From Ylistrum balloti (taxonomy: Eukaryota), in NCBI RefSeq assembly GCF_031769215.1, contig NW_026781958.1:310001-374000 (forward strand): a stretch of 64,000 nt of DNA. The letters run 5' to 3'. A model generated the notes under the pieces. It was not told the DNA's origin. It made no database searches and saw only the letters and a program-made list of their open reading frames with translations. Positions within the stretch are counted from its first letter, which is position 1. The number at the start of each line of letters is the position of its first letter. The position numbers and the translations under genes are program-made. Shown here piece by piece: positions 12,601-24,448 of the stretch.

Positions 12601-15600
12601 ATGTAACAAGGTTATATTACATTTGTGACATGTATCAGAGACGTACATGTATGTAACAAGGTTATATTACATTTGTGACATGCATCAGAGACGTACATGT
12701 ATGTAACAAGGTTATATTACATTTGTGACATGCATCAGAGACGTACATGTATATAACAAGGTTATATTACATTTGTGACATGTATCAGAGACCTACATGT
12801 ATGTAACAAGGTTATATTACATTTGTGACATGCATCAGAGACGTATATGTATATAGCAAGGAATGTCGTGTTTGTAGTTTTCTTTTTTCTTAAAGATAGT
12901 AATTTTTCGACGTTTTTCAGAGCTAACTAAAAGCAAGTGTTAATAATTGGAAATTGTCTTGTTTGTTGATGATCTTCGGGGTATACTTTTTGCGAATTTA
13001 ACGAACCTTTCAAAATCGTAAAAATATTGCTTGTTTTCTTCGTTTTATTGTAAATGCACGAGTAATTTATATAAAGAGCTGATGAACCTACATGTACAGA
13101 AAACTTTCTAGTTGTGAACACTTTTGTGATAAATAAATACTACCCGGTATACATATCTTATATCTAGTTCGATTGGTCAGTTGATGTTAGAGTGTACACT
13201 AATGTCCATTCTAAAATATTTAAAGTCTTCCATTTAGAAATTCCAAATTTCCGAGACAAAGAAACCACAAAATATCAAACAAGCAGAAATTGCAAAATGT
13301 ACATTTTGGGGTTTTTTCGGAAAAAAAACACAGTGCAAAAATATCCCGATATATGCTAAATAGCAACATTTAGATATCAAATATTAATCTGATAACGTTC
13401 TGCATATTAAATGTAACAACATTACACCGTCGGGATAATGCACTAGATAATGGCCGGATCGTGGGTTAGCTTTATTGTTAAGAAATACAGGTACAAAACT
13501 AATGTTAAAAAGTTTCACTCTGTATCCTTCATTACCTATTGTTTTTTCCTTCCCAGTTTCATCGCTGTACAGAATTTTAAATGACTCATCATAACTACAA
13601 CTAGTAGCTAGCACATCCGTCCACTCCGTCAACACAAACCAACCAATGTCATGCTTACATTTTGCAAACCGATGATGCATGTAGAAGTGACGTCGCACAG
13701 AAGGGACACTGAATGTGAAACAATATATTGATATTGATGTGATACATATAATATATTGGTGTGATACATACAATATATTGGTGTGATACATACAATATAT
13801 TGATGTGATACATACAATATATTGATATTGATGTGATACATACAATATATTGATATGATACATACAATATATTAATGTGATACATACAATATATTGATGT
13901 GATACATACAATATATTGATGTAATATATACAAGATATTATATTGATGTGATACATACAATATATTGATGTAATATATACAATATATTGATGTGATACAT
14001 ACAATATATTGATGTGATACATACAAATTATTGATCTGATATACACAATATATTTTGATTAAGCTAATTCATAGCTTAAGTTAATTACTTTAAAACTTTT
14101 CTATTTTAAATCGGAACACTTCGGAAATTATTGTTTAGAATAAGCAGTACAGCAATGTGACGTAGTTAATTGAAATTATTTCACAGGAGATATTATTGAA
14201 GGAATAACGTAATTTCTGTGTGTGTGTAATGTCTTTCATTGAAAGTATTAAAGATAAGTCATTATCTCATGCAGCGGTGTAATCTAGCATATGTTACATA
14301 AGATTACTGTAAATCACTTAGTTTTCGCGAATTCTTTTTTCGCGAACTTACCTCTTCAGACATCTTCGCGATTATATAATTTCGCCAATACTGATCTATG
14401 TATAAATTTAAATTCGCGAATGATGATCTGTTTAGAGGCATGGACTCTTCAAGACCAAATTATTGGTAGCCAACTCATCAAGGATGCCACCCACAGTTAT
14501 TTTTGCGAAAAGTTTGAATTCTCGATTGACGCTCCTTGCATTTTAACACGCAAATAAATCCCACGCGAAATATAAGTTATTTACAGTAATTAGTCGATAC
14601 CTACCCATCAATGGAATCATAGTTTGTGATCGAGTGTGTATTAAGGTCCTCCCATGATGAAGACAGAATCCTGGATTTAGAGAACCAGCTTTTCTTATCA
14701 GAATCGCGACCATCAAATACGACATATGCTTTCTCCTGGCCATCATTCACAAACGAGACGCGAACCTATAGAACAGAATTTTAAAAGGGTCTCAATGGTT
14801 AGATTTTCACGAATAAGTGTTATCACTTGAAAAAGTTGCCTAAAGTTTAACGTTCTGTTAATTATGAATTTTAAAAAAGTCTTTGCACAATCATTTTTTA
14901 AATCTAAAATAGGAAGAAAGCATGCCTGCGTCAGTCATATAACAGGGTTGTAAGTAAACAAATAAAAACTCGTGCTGTCCATTTTCATGTTTCTTATAAC
15001 AAGCCTGGAGTGTAATTGGTGGTTCTAAAAATCATACTAAATATTTTAAGTTTAACTATTTATTCTGTTGCCACTTGACAATTGCCTACAATTACCATGA
15101 AATATGATGTTTTTTCCTAAAGTCGATGTTCATATAGGGGGATGGGCTGATTTTATTGACGAGATATGTTCCTTTGAAAAGTGACGTTCGATTGTACTAT
15201 CTCACTATCGCTTATCGGTGAAGGATCATGGGATACCAACGATGTTGTAATGGGTAAATGAGCACAATTTAGATCGTAAGTGGTGTTGAAGCGAAACATG
15301 TATATGATATCAATTTATGGAGACTCAAAAAAGTTTAATATTTTACAATTTTCAATTTCTAATGATTTTGAATATATCACGTAAATGTATATTAACTCCC
15401 TTGTTGTGCATCTCAATTTCTCGTATGATGTGAGGGAAAATGGCCAACAGACGACCATCTTGGATTTTAACAATGGAAATTTGTCATCGTTTTTTCTGTA
15501 GTACTTGTTCGAATTTCAGTCAGTCCTTAGTTGTGTCCTTTTGATTTTTGGGACTAATAACAAAACAGAAACAAAAACAAAAACAAGCAATAATTTATTT

Positions 15601-17106
15601 ATAGAATTGGTATGAAAGGATGATCATCACTTTCGTGGTAGATCTCTGTTTGTGCAATATTTTGGAAGTTACGCTCAGTGGTATACTAACTTTGGCAGAA
15701 TTTGAAATATCTTGAGACCAGTAAGTGAATACCAGGATGAAGCTCAGGATGAATAACTCTTAATTGAAAATAAAGTACGCAAGGCGGAGATCAAAGTCAT
15801 TGGTTGATTTGATATGTTGAAGGAACATGTTTTCGTTTAAATCTTTTGTTGATATAGGGCTATTTTTAGAACAAGTTTGAACAAATCGTGGAAATTTTGA
15901 CAAGTGTATTGTATCATTACTTATCTTTTATTTTTCGTTAGTAAGTTTTTTAATGTGAAATCTTAGATAACTGGCTGAATGTATATCTACTAGCAGACGT
16001 GATACATTTCCCACCAGTAATTTCTCTCATATTGACCACTTGTCAGTAAAGCAAACATATAACAGCGCTTGAAGTATGGTGTTAAAAATAAATATGATAT
16101 TATTATAATACATATTTCACCGAATATATGCATTTATAGTGAAGTTGTGTGGCTGAAGACAAATATTTTATGGAGGGACAAAAAATGACCGTATGAGAAT
16201 TATTATCCGTATATAGTACTGTAAAAAGCTTACTGCACTGATGTTGTAGTCAGCCCATTTGTCAACTATTGACGACTTGTAAGTCTTACTTCCTGTTTCT
16301 ATAGACATGGCCAGCTCATCTCCTTCGTTAACTGTGAATGTACCTGTCCAAAGATCGTACACGCTGTTTGCTCCTCCAAGATCTTGTCCTGTGGCAAATT
16401 TCATGACCAGAGTCCAGTCTTAAATAACACAAAAGCAAAAATTTCCAAAGTAAAAAAAGTATAAATGTTGTATACTATTCCTAAATGCATAATTAGAATT
16501 AAGTAAAACGGCATCCGGAAGTGGAACGCTGTAACATGGAGATATTTTTTTAACACAGATCAATAAGATTGAAATATAAATGTAGTTTATTTTCATGCTT
16601 CTTGGTTTCACCTACCTGATGTAGTCACTAGGGCGGGTTCACGGGATGTGTACACAAGTGTACATCCACCTACAACAAAGCAAACAACACCAATTTGAAT
16701 CAAGGATTCAAACGTTTTACTTTATCTTACGTTTTGTGTTTACTTCAGTTTCGGTGTAAAAGACAATGCATGAAAGAAACAGAAAAAAAAACGACAAAAA
16801 AAACCCCAACAAAAAACCTAATAAGAAACAACCAAAAAAAAAACAACGTAAATACAGCACAAAATTCATTTATCAAAAACATAACGAAAATCATTAATTT
16901 ACATTCATGAAGGACTAGACTAAAACATAAATGAATAAGTGTCTTCTGATGGACGATCGATGTCACATCAATTAACAATCAAACATTCTTAGTTCTTACA
17001 ATAACAGGGATAGTAACAAAGTAGCAAACACTTGCTGAACCACAGTATCAATAAAGCGAATCTTGTTCTCTCTCAATGGTTCAGAGCGGAGATAACAACG
17101 AGGCAT
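6685..17106 (-). CDS. Type-I membrane protein (~434 aa): signal-like segment, uncharacterised Trp-rich domain, EGF-like domain, thrombospondin type-1 repeat, coiled stalk, TM helix, short basic tail
   Basis: Eleven GT-AG exons with all phases matching: 17106-17000, 16919-16903, 16669-16616, 16418-16234, 14765-14605, 13708-13536, 11549-11514, 11025-10927 (EGF: DTNSCLPSDCKNGAICKYKCICKGDYFGTHCEN), 10796-10626 (TSP1: NGGFSEWGSYGSCSRTCGTGSKTRTRAC), 7294-7172 (LCPNAS...EELMKVIDMLKAELKVDKTKTS), 6863-6685 (SVRRKTSAKDSRTSAKTIGAVGAVMLAVPFVLIILLD...stop). Total 1305 nt = 435 codons with no internal stop. The start codon and the first two exons are the least certain parts. Confidence 0.85.
7328..10190 (+). 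repeat. 18-bp minisatellite, ~160 copies, intronic
   Basis: Unit TTTCCTGACATTTATCTA with variants (TAATTGAT, TTATTGAT, TTTTTGAT). It explains the LTFIYF ORFs at 8245 and 9573. Confidence 0.97.
10188..10285 (+). mobile_element. 3'-end fragment of a Penelope-like retroelement family, also present at ~57.3, 58.7 and 60.1 kb
   Basis: TTGATTAAGATTTACATGGCGGGTGTCATCAATGAAGCTGAAATCGCTTACTCTTCCGGGAAACCTGG aligns by eye with the copies at 57345 and 58735; the 58735 copy follows an RT C-terminal remnant. Confidence 0.7.
12008..12862 (+). repeat. 50-bp minisatellite, ~17 copies, intronic
   Basis: Unit TAACAAGGTTATATTACATTTGTGACATGTATCAGAGACGTACATGTATG; period 50 (12551 vs 12601). Confidence 0.97.
13720..14055 (+). 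repeat. 22-bp minisatellite, ~15 copies, abutting the acceptor of exon 13708
   Basis: Unit CAATATATTGATGTGATACATA. It generates the N-terminal parts of ORFs 13384-14046, 13629-13841 and 13655-14026. Confidence 0.95.
14307..14586. mobile_element. 280-bp MITE with ~23-bp TIRs and TA TSD (Tc1/mariner-superfamily-like)
   Basis: TA|CTGTAAATCACTTAGTTTTCGCG at left and CGCGAAATATAAGTTATTTACAG|TA at right; the TIRs differ at ~3 positions. Confidence 0.85.
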
Positions 17107-17504
17107 TAGAATAACCAGCCGCTCAAGTAGAATATTTCCCTTTAGTTTAATAATTAAATCGTTAGATTAGTCCAACCAGTGACAATATATTCTATCCTTA
17201 TTGGACAAAATCAATAGCCTCTGAAAAGTGATGAAATATTTAAAGTTACACTATGTATCGATATACAAAAACATGTATATATCGGACTTATGTCACTAAA
17301 TGAATATGTGTTCTTATGAAACATATCATTCGTACGTGTGAATGAATTATCTGATAAACTGACAAGTAACATGCGACGTTTAGGGCATATACTATAAGCT
17401 GTATGTTTTATCGACAGTTCTGTGGATCGCAGACGTTCCTTCATTTTGGTTTTGATTTCCAAACTAGGCAGAAATTAAATAAACATCCGATATACATTCA
17501 GCTC

Positions 17505-18140
17505 CTTGTTGGTGAAGGCCTCTTTCTTACACAAAAAGTACCTTGTTGGTGAAAGCCTCTTTGTTATACAGTCAGTACCTTGTAGGTGAAGGCCTCTTTG
17601 TTATGCAGTCTGTACCTTGTTGGGTGAAAGCCTCTTTGTTATACAGTCAGCTCCTTGTTGGTGAAAGCATCTCTGTTATACAGTGAGTACCTTGTTGGTG
17701 AAAGCCTCTTTGTTATACAGTAAGTACCTTGTTCGTGAAAGCCTCTTTGTTATACAGTCAGCTCCTTGTTGGTGAAAGCCTCTTTGTTATACAGTTAGTA
17801 CCTTGTTGGTGAAGGCCTCTTTGTTATATAGTCAGTACCTTGTTGGTGAAAGCCTCTTTGTTATACAGTAAGTACCTTGTTGGTGAAAGCCTCTTTGTTA
17901 TACAGTCAGTACCTTGTTGGTGAAATCCTCTTTGTTATACAGTCAGCTCCTTGTTGGTGAAAGCCTCTTTGTTGATTTAAACATATTTTATATTATCAGT
18001 ATTAGATAAATGGATCAGAGACAAGTTCTAGCAACTTATGAACTCTTTGTTATACAGTCAGTCCCTTGATGGTGAAAGCCTTTTTGCTATATAGTCAGTT
18101 CTTTGTTGGTGAAGGCCTTTCTGTTATACAGTCAGCACCT
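17505..18140 (+). repeat. 37-bp minisatellite, ~16 copies, decayed at the right end
   Basis: Unit GTACCTTGTTGGTGAAAGCCTCTTTGTTATACAGTCA. Confidence 0.93.
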
Positions 18141-18398
18141 TGTCGATTTTAAAAAGTCGACTCTTAATTGGTGAAATCTATTTGTTAATAAGTTGGTTCT
18201 TTATTGGTGAAGTTTATTTTTTTATTAACAGGATACCTTTGATAATTATATTGACAGTAAACCAGTTTCCATACTAGTGCTAATAACAGCTATCCTAGAT
18301 ACTTACAGTATCGATGTAGTGATCGTGAGACTATAACGACCAAAGAAAATATCTATAACAATAACCTTTCTTTTTTACGATCGATTCTTTCTTGGTTC

Positions 18399-19262
18399 AA
18401 GATGTTCTCTGTTAGACAAGACGTTCTCTGTTAGACAAGACGTTCTCTGTTAGACAAGACGTTCTCTGTTAGACAAGACGTTCTCTGTTAAAAAAAGACG
18501 TTTTCTGTTAGACAGGACGGTCTCTGTTAGACAAGACGTTCTCTGTTAGACAAGACGTTCTCTGTTAAAAAAAAGACGTTTTCTGTTAGACAGGACGGTC
18601 TCTTTTAGACAAGACGGTCTCTGTTAGACAAGACGTTCTCTGTTAGACAAGACGGTCTCTGTTAGACAGGACGGTATCTGTTAGACAAGACAAGAAGTTC
18701 TCTGACAGAGAACGTTTTGTCTAACAAAGAATGCCTTGTCTAACAGAAAACGTCTTGTCTAACAGAGAACACCTTGTCTAACAGAGACCGCCTTGTCTAA
18801 CACAGAGAGCCTTGTCTAACGGAGAACATCTTGTCTAACAGAAAACGTCTTGTCTAACAGAAAACGTCTTTTTTAACAGAGAACGTCTTGTCTAACAGAG
18901 AACATCTTGTCTAACAGAGAACGCCTTGTCTAACAGAGAACGCCTTGTCTACCACAGAGAGCCTTGTCTAATAGAAAACACCTTGTCTAACAGAGAACAT
19001 CTTGTCTAACAGAAAACGTCTTGTCTAACAGAGAACATCTTGTCTAACAGAGAACGCCTTACAGAGAACGCCTTGTCTAACAAAGAGAGCCTTGTCTAAT
19101 AGAGAACACCTTGTCTAACAGAAAACGTCTTGTCTAACAGAGAACTTTTGTTTACAGATAACGTCTTGGCTAATACAGAACGCCTTGTCTAACAGAGAAC
19201 GCCTTGTCTAACAAAGAACGTCTTGTCTAACAGGGAACATCTTGACGTTCAAGACGTTCTCT
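18399..19262. repeat. 19-bp minisatellite in inverted (fold-back) arrangement
   Basis: Unit AGACGTTCTCTGTTAGACA reads forward over ~18399-18700, then as its reverse complement TGTCTAACAGAGAACGTCT over ~18706-19245. Confidence 0.95.
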
Positions 19263-19361
19263 AATTCATTCGAATTCATAAAGGAAATGTTAGGACTCTA
19301 CCAAAAATATATACGAATCGACTGTATTAGCAACAGCATTGATAAGCAAGATAAACATGAC

Positions 19362-20226
19362 CGAATTCAGATGTATATCAGGTGTAAATTGAACATGAAG
19401 GAATTCAGCTGTATGTCAGGTGCAAGTTGAACATGAAGGAATTCAGATGTATGCTGGTGCAAGATGAATATGAAGGAATTCAGCTGTATGTCAGGTGTAA
19501 GTTGAAAATGAAGGAATTCAGATCTATGCTGGTGCAAGTTGAACATGAAGGAATTCAGCTGTATGTCAGGTGCAAGTTGAACATGAAGGAATTCAGATGT
19601 ATGCTGGTGCAAGATGAATATGAAGGAATTCAGCTGTATGTCAGGTGTAAGTTGAAAATGAAGGAATTCAGATCTATGCTGGTGCAAGTTGAACATGAAG
19701 GAATTCAGCTGTATGTCAGGTGTAAGTTGAAAATGAAGGAATTAAGATGTATGCCAGGTGCAAGTTGAACATGAAGGAATTCAGATGTATGTCAGGTGTA
19801 AGTTGAACATGAAGGAATTAAGATGTATGTCAGGTGTAAGTTGAACATGAAGGAATTCAGCTGTATGCCAGGTGTAAGTTGAACATGAAGGAATTCAGCT
19901 GTATGCCAGGTGTAAGTTGAACATGAAGGAATTCAGATGTATGTCAGGTGTAAGTTGAACATGACGGAATTCAGCTGTATGTCAGGTGTAAAGTGAACAT
20001 GAAGGAATTCAGCTGTATGCCAGGTGTAAGTTGAACATGAAGGAATTCAGATGTATGTCAGGTGTAAGTTGAACATGACGGAATTCAGCTGTATGTCAGG
20101 TGTAAAGTGAACATGAAGAAATTCAGCTGTATGTCAGGTGTAAAGTGAACATGAAGGAATTCAGATGTATGCCAGGTGTAAGTTGAACATGAAGGAATTC
20201 AGATCTATGTCAAGTGTATGTTGAAC
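19362..20226 (+). repeat. 37/38-bp minisatellite, ~23 copies, with a 150-bp (4-mer) higher-order repeat in its left half
   Basis: Unit AAGTTGAACATGAAGGAATTCAGCTGTATGTCAGGTGT. The variant ATGCTGGTGCAAGATGAATATG recurs 150 bp apart (~19451 and ~19601). Confidence 0.95.
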
Positions 20227-20229
20227 ACC

Positions 20230-20897
20230 TCCTATTAATCATGAAACGTTAATGAAATTTGTTGAATTCGAAATATACAGTTACCTAAATGGTGTGCGAT
20301 ATGATAAATAGGGCGTATTACCTATCTATATCAGTGGAACTGCCATGGTTAACAAGATCACATGAAACTATATTTGGGCCACCTTGGGTGTAGGCTTCTT
20401 GCAGCAGCCCCCTCGAAACCACTCATTTGGTCTACTAAACAAGGAAAAGGCAGCAAAATCGATAGAGTTAAAGAACTAAACAGAGCCAGTACACATGGAC
20501 ACCAAGTTCTCCCAGGGAGAGTACCTTGTGTGGTGATCTTTCAACCCAGCATGTCACCATTGTCAACGATATTCCAGAAACACTGGCAAATCCTACTGAC
20601 GTCCTGTCAACTTCAGAACATTTTCTGGAATATTAGCTTATCGCAGACCAAAACATATTAAAGATCTGAGCGTTAAGCTACCAACAACCTTCTACACTAC
20701 TACAACTGACTGCTTCAAAACATGTTACAGTAAGAGGTGCAAGCTTGGTCTGTATATGGAGCCAACGGCCAGAACTACCACATCATCAAGTCAGTAACCT
20801 GTGCATCAGCCAATGTGATATACTTGAATACGTGTGCCAAGTGTCATTTGCAATATGTAGGGGAGACCAAAACACCACTTAATCTCATGATCAACAA
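20230..20897 (+). mobile_element. Decayed, internally deleted Penelope-like retroelement (RT remnant plus C-terminal GIY-YIG endonuclease)
   Basis: Frameshifted peptides: ISGTAMVNK (PLE RT GTAMG motif), RVPCVVIFQPSMSPLSTIFQKHWQIL, LAYRRPKHIKDL, CYSKRCKL and SVTCASANVIYLNTCAKCHLQYVGETKTPL (GIY-YIG NVIY...C..C...YVGET). It is truncated by the 44-bp array. Confidence 0.9.
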
Positions 20898-22400
20898 TAT
20901 TTCCTTTTTAATGGTTTGTAATTGTCTAAATGTGATTGGAATATTTCCTTTTTAATGGTTGTTAATTGTCTAAATGTGATTAGAATATTTCCTTTTTAAT
21001 GGTTTGTAATTGTCTAATTGTGATTGGAATATTTCCTTTTTAATTGTTTGTAATTGTCTAAATGTGTTTAAAATGTTTCATTTCAATGGTTTGTAATTGT
21101 CTAAATGTGATTAAAATGTTTCATTTTAATGGTTTGTAATTGTCTAATTGTGATTGGAATATTTCCTTTTTAATGGTTGTTAATTGTCTAAATGTGATTG
21201 GAATATTTCCTTTTTAATGGTTTGTAATTGTCTAAATGTGATTGGAATATTTCCTTTTTAATGGTTTGTAATTGTAAATGTGATTAAAATGTTTCATTTC
21301 AATGGTTTGTAATTGTCTAAATGTGATTGGAATATTTCCTTTTTAATGGTTGTTAATTGTCTAAATGTGATTGGAATATTTCCTTTTTAATAAATGTGAT
21401 TAAAATGTTTCATTTCAATGGTTTGTAATTTTCTAAATGTGATTGGAATATTTCCTTTTTAATGGTTTGTAATTGTCTAAATGTGATTAAAATGTTTCAT
21501 TTCAATGGTTTGTAATTGTCTAAATGTGATTAAAATGTTTCATTTCAATGGTTGTTAATTGTCTAAATGTGATTGGAATATTTCCTTTTTAATGGTTGTT
21601 AATTGTCTAAATGTGATTGGAATATTTCCTTTTTAATTGTTTGTAATTGTCTAAATGTGATTAGAATATTTCCTTTTTAATGGTTTGTAATTGTCTAAAT
21701 GTGATTAAAATGTTTCATTTCAATGGTTTGTAATTGTCTAAATGTGATTGGAATATTTCCTTTTTAATGGTTTGTAATTGTCTAAATGTGATTGGAATAT
21801 TTCCTTTTTAATGGTTGTTAATTGTCTAAATGTGATTGGAATATTTCCTTTTTAATGGTTTGTAATTGTCTAAATGTGATTAAAATGTTTCATTTCAATG
21901 GTTTGTAATTGTCTAAATGTGATTAAAATGTTTCCTTTTTAATGGTTGTTAATTGTCTAAATGTGATTGGAATATTTCCTTTTTAATGGTTTGTTAATTG
22001 TCTAAATGTGATTAAAATGTTTCATTTCAATGCTTTGTAATTGTCTAAATGTGATTGGAATATTTCCTTTTTAATGGTTGTTAATTGTCTAAATGTGATT
22101 AAAATGTTTCCTTTTTAATGGTTGTTAATTGTCTAAATGTGATTGGAATATTTCCTTTTTAATGGTTTGTAATTGTCTAAATGTGATTGGAATATTTCCT
22201 TTTTAATGGTTTGTAATTGTCTAAATGCGATTGGAATATTTCCTTTTTAATGGTTGTTAATTGTCTAAATGTGATTGGAATATTTCCTTTTTAATGATTT
22301 GTAATTGTCTAAATGTGATTAAAATGTTTCATTTTAATGGTTTGTAATTGTCTAATTGTGATTGGAATATTTCCTTTTTAATGGTTTGTTATTGTCTAGC
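20896..22400 (+). repeat. 43/44-bp AT-rich minisatellite, ~34 copies, with two interspersed variants
   Basis: Units AATATTTCCTTTTTAATGGTTTGTAATTGTCTAAATGTGATTGG and AAAATGTTTCATTTCAATGGTTTGTAATTGTCTAAATGTGATT. Confidence 0.96.
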
Positions 22401-24160
22401 TCTGTTGGACATTGGATTTACTTCTATTTTATTTAGATGTAATTGTCTGACTGTTATATTTAAATGCTAATAACCAGAAAAAAAATCTTGGGTATATGTC
22501 CTATGTTGTTTATTTACAGATCGTAAAAGTTGCTACCTTTTTAGCGATATACATTAAAACATGGGGTTCCCCGGTCGCGCGTTCGACCCCAGATACTGAT
22601 ACCGTGATGTTGTCACTATCATTTGACTCAAAACATTTTTGTAATAAATTAATTCTTGTATAGCGAGATCGTTGGATTCAATTGAACATATTTGATATAA
22701 ACTTTATTTAATTCATTCATTATATCAAAAGAATCAGATACGGAAACAAGTGTTGAAACATTATATTTATCCGCTTCAAGATATCAATTCATTAAATTTG
22801 ACGAGACATGGTGTAAACAATCTAGACTCAGCAAAAATATGGCTAATTAGGAATGAGGAGGTTGAGGAGGAGGGAGAAGAGTTTCACGTCATGCCAAAGA
22901 ATACAAATTTAGAAAACCAATGCACACAGACATAAACTGCAGAAGCTGCGAGAAAAATCACTACTCGCCAACACCCGACCTATTATTTCAGATGAATAAT
23001 ACATCCGATGAGACCATCTTGATAGTGTTGACTTGGTAAATTATCATCTCGATGTTCAGTGTAACTTAAGGATTATAAAAGGTCACATATTAAGGAGTAA
23101 TCCAGTCATTGAATTAATCTTGTGTTCTGCATTTTCTTGTACATTTTCCAGGTTTTATCTTAATATAGCTGGTCCTTATCAAAACCCTGGTGACTCCGAT
23201 TCATGTGGCCAGCTTTTAGATCGACCGAACCGGAAATCAGTCATTAATTTAACAAAGCACCTAGCACATACATATTGTTACTTGGGTATGACAGAAAATA
23301 AATTGATTTCATTTACAAGTCGAACTCTATGTCTCAAATGAGAATATTTATAAATATTAGCATGGTGGTATCACCGAGACCGGTATAGAGGTTCATAACG
23401 ATGGCAATGGCAATAAACTGAACTATAAACGAAAAAACTCACTCGTCTGTGATTAAATACAATTTTGCATAGAAACACAAAGATTGACTACCTGGCAGAT
23501 GTCAAACAAAAGATGTGATATCAGTTTCGTTGTCTACTATTGAAACTTAATGTTTCATAACTGCCGCAGCTATCACAACACGTGCATTTTTTTATCGATC
23601 CACATGTATCATTTGTAGAGAACTACGTCATTGAAAAAAATCTCCAGCTTTTGGAAAACCAAGCGAACATATTTCACAGCAGTATAAAAACATATACGTG
23701 TCATTCGGACGAGAAGTGTTCAGGCAATATCATTTCATTATACCGTGTATTTGTGTCAGGTTGATCAAAAAGAAGACTTGTCCCAAAAATCATTCTGTCA
23801 ATGTGTCCTCATTGTTTTTATTGCAATGAATAAGTGAATAGATCTTTTTTTAAACTTTTACTTTTTACAAAACGTGTAGCGCATCGTGAAACAGTTTGCC
23901 GTGTTTAAAACGCGTGTATTTTGTTCACTAGCTAGAATTTCAATGAAATGTGCATGCAATATTGCAGAATATAATTGGCTTAATTTGAAAGAACAGACAT
24001 TCAAAATCCGACAGAGTATATATTGTCTATAACAGAAAAACTAGTGAAGATGATAGCTCGGTGATGGATTTACTTAATGCTAAGTTATGGGACACAAATT
24101 ATCTTTGTGTTCAGTTTATGCGAAGTTATTTAAACAATTAGACTCTATTACAATTTGCTA

Positions 24161-24448
24161 TAGTGATAACATTGATAACACAAATTCATTATAGTGATAA
24201 CATTGATAACACAAATTCATTATAGTGATAACATTGATAACACAAATTCATTATAGTGGTAACGTTGATATCACAAATTCATTATAGTGGTAACGTTGAT
24301 ATCACAAATTTGTTATAGTGGTAACGTTGATATCACAAATTCATTATAGTGGTAACGTTGATATCACAAATTTGTTATAGTGGTAACGTTGATATCACAA
24401 ATTTGTTATAGTGGTATCATTGGTAACAAAAATTCATTATAGTGGTAA
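24161..24448 (+). repeat. 31-bp minisatellite, ~9 copies
   Basis: Unit ATAGTGGTAACGTTGATATCACAAATTCATT. Confidence 0.93.

Noticed and set aside
19367-19768. ORFs with 50-aa periodicity on both strands
   Set aside because: They reflect the 150-bp higher-order repeat of the 38-bp satellite, not a protein.
22540-22620. tRNA-like GGTCGCGCGTTCGACCCC B-box motif
   Set aside because: No cloverleaf or acceptor stem can be formed. At most it is a decayed SINE head, not a tRNA gene.
23033-23764. Short + strand ORFs (102 and 60 aa) between the 44-bp array and ALKBH1
   Set aside because: They have no recognisable motifs, no consistent exon chain and non-ATG starts.
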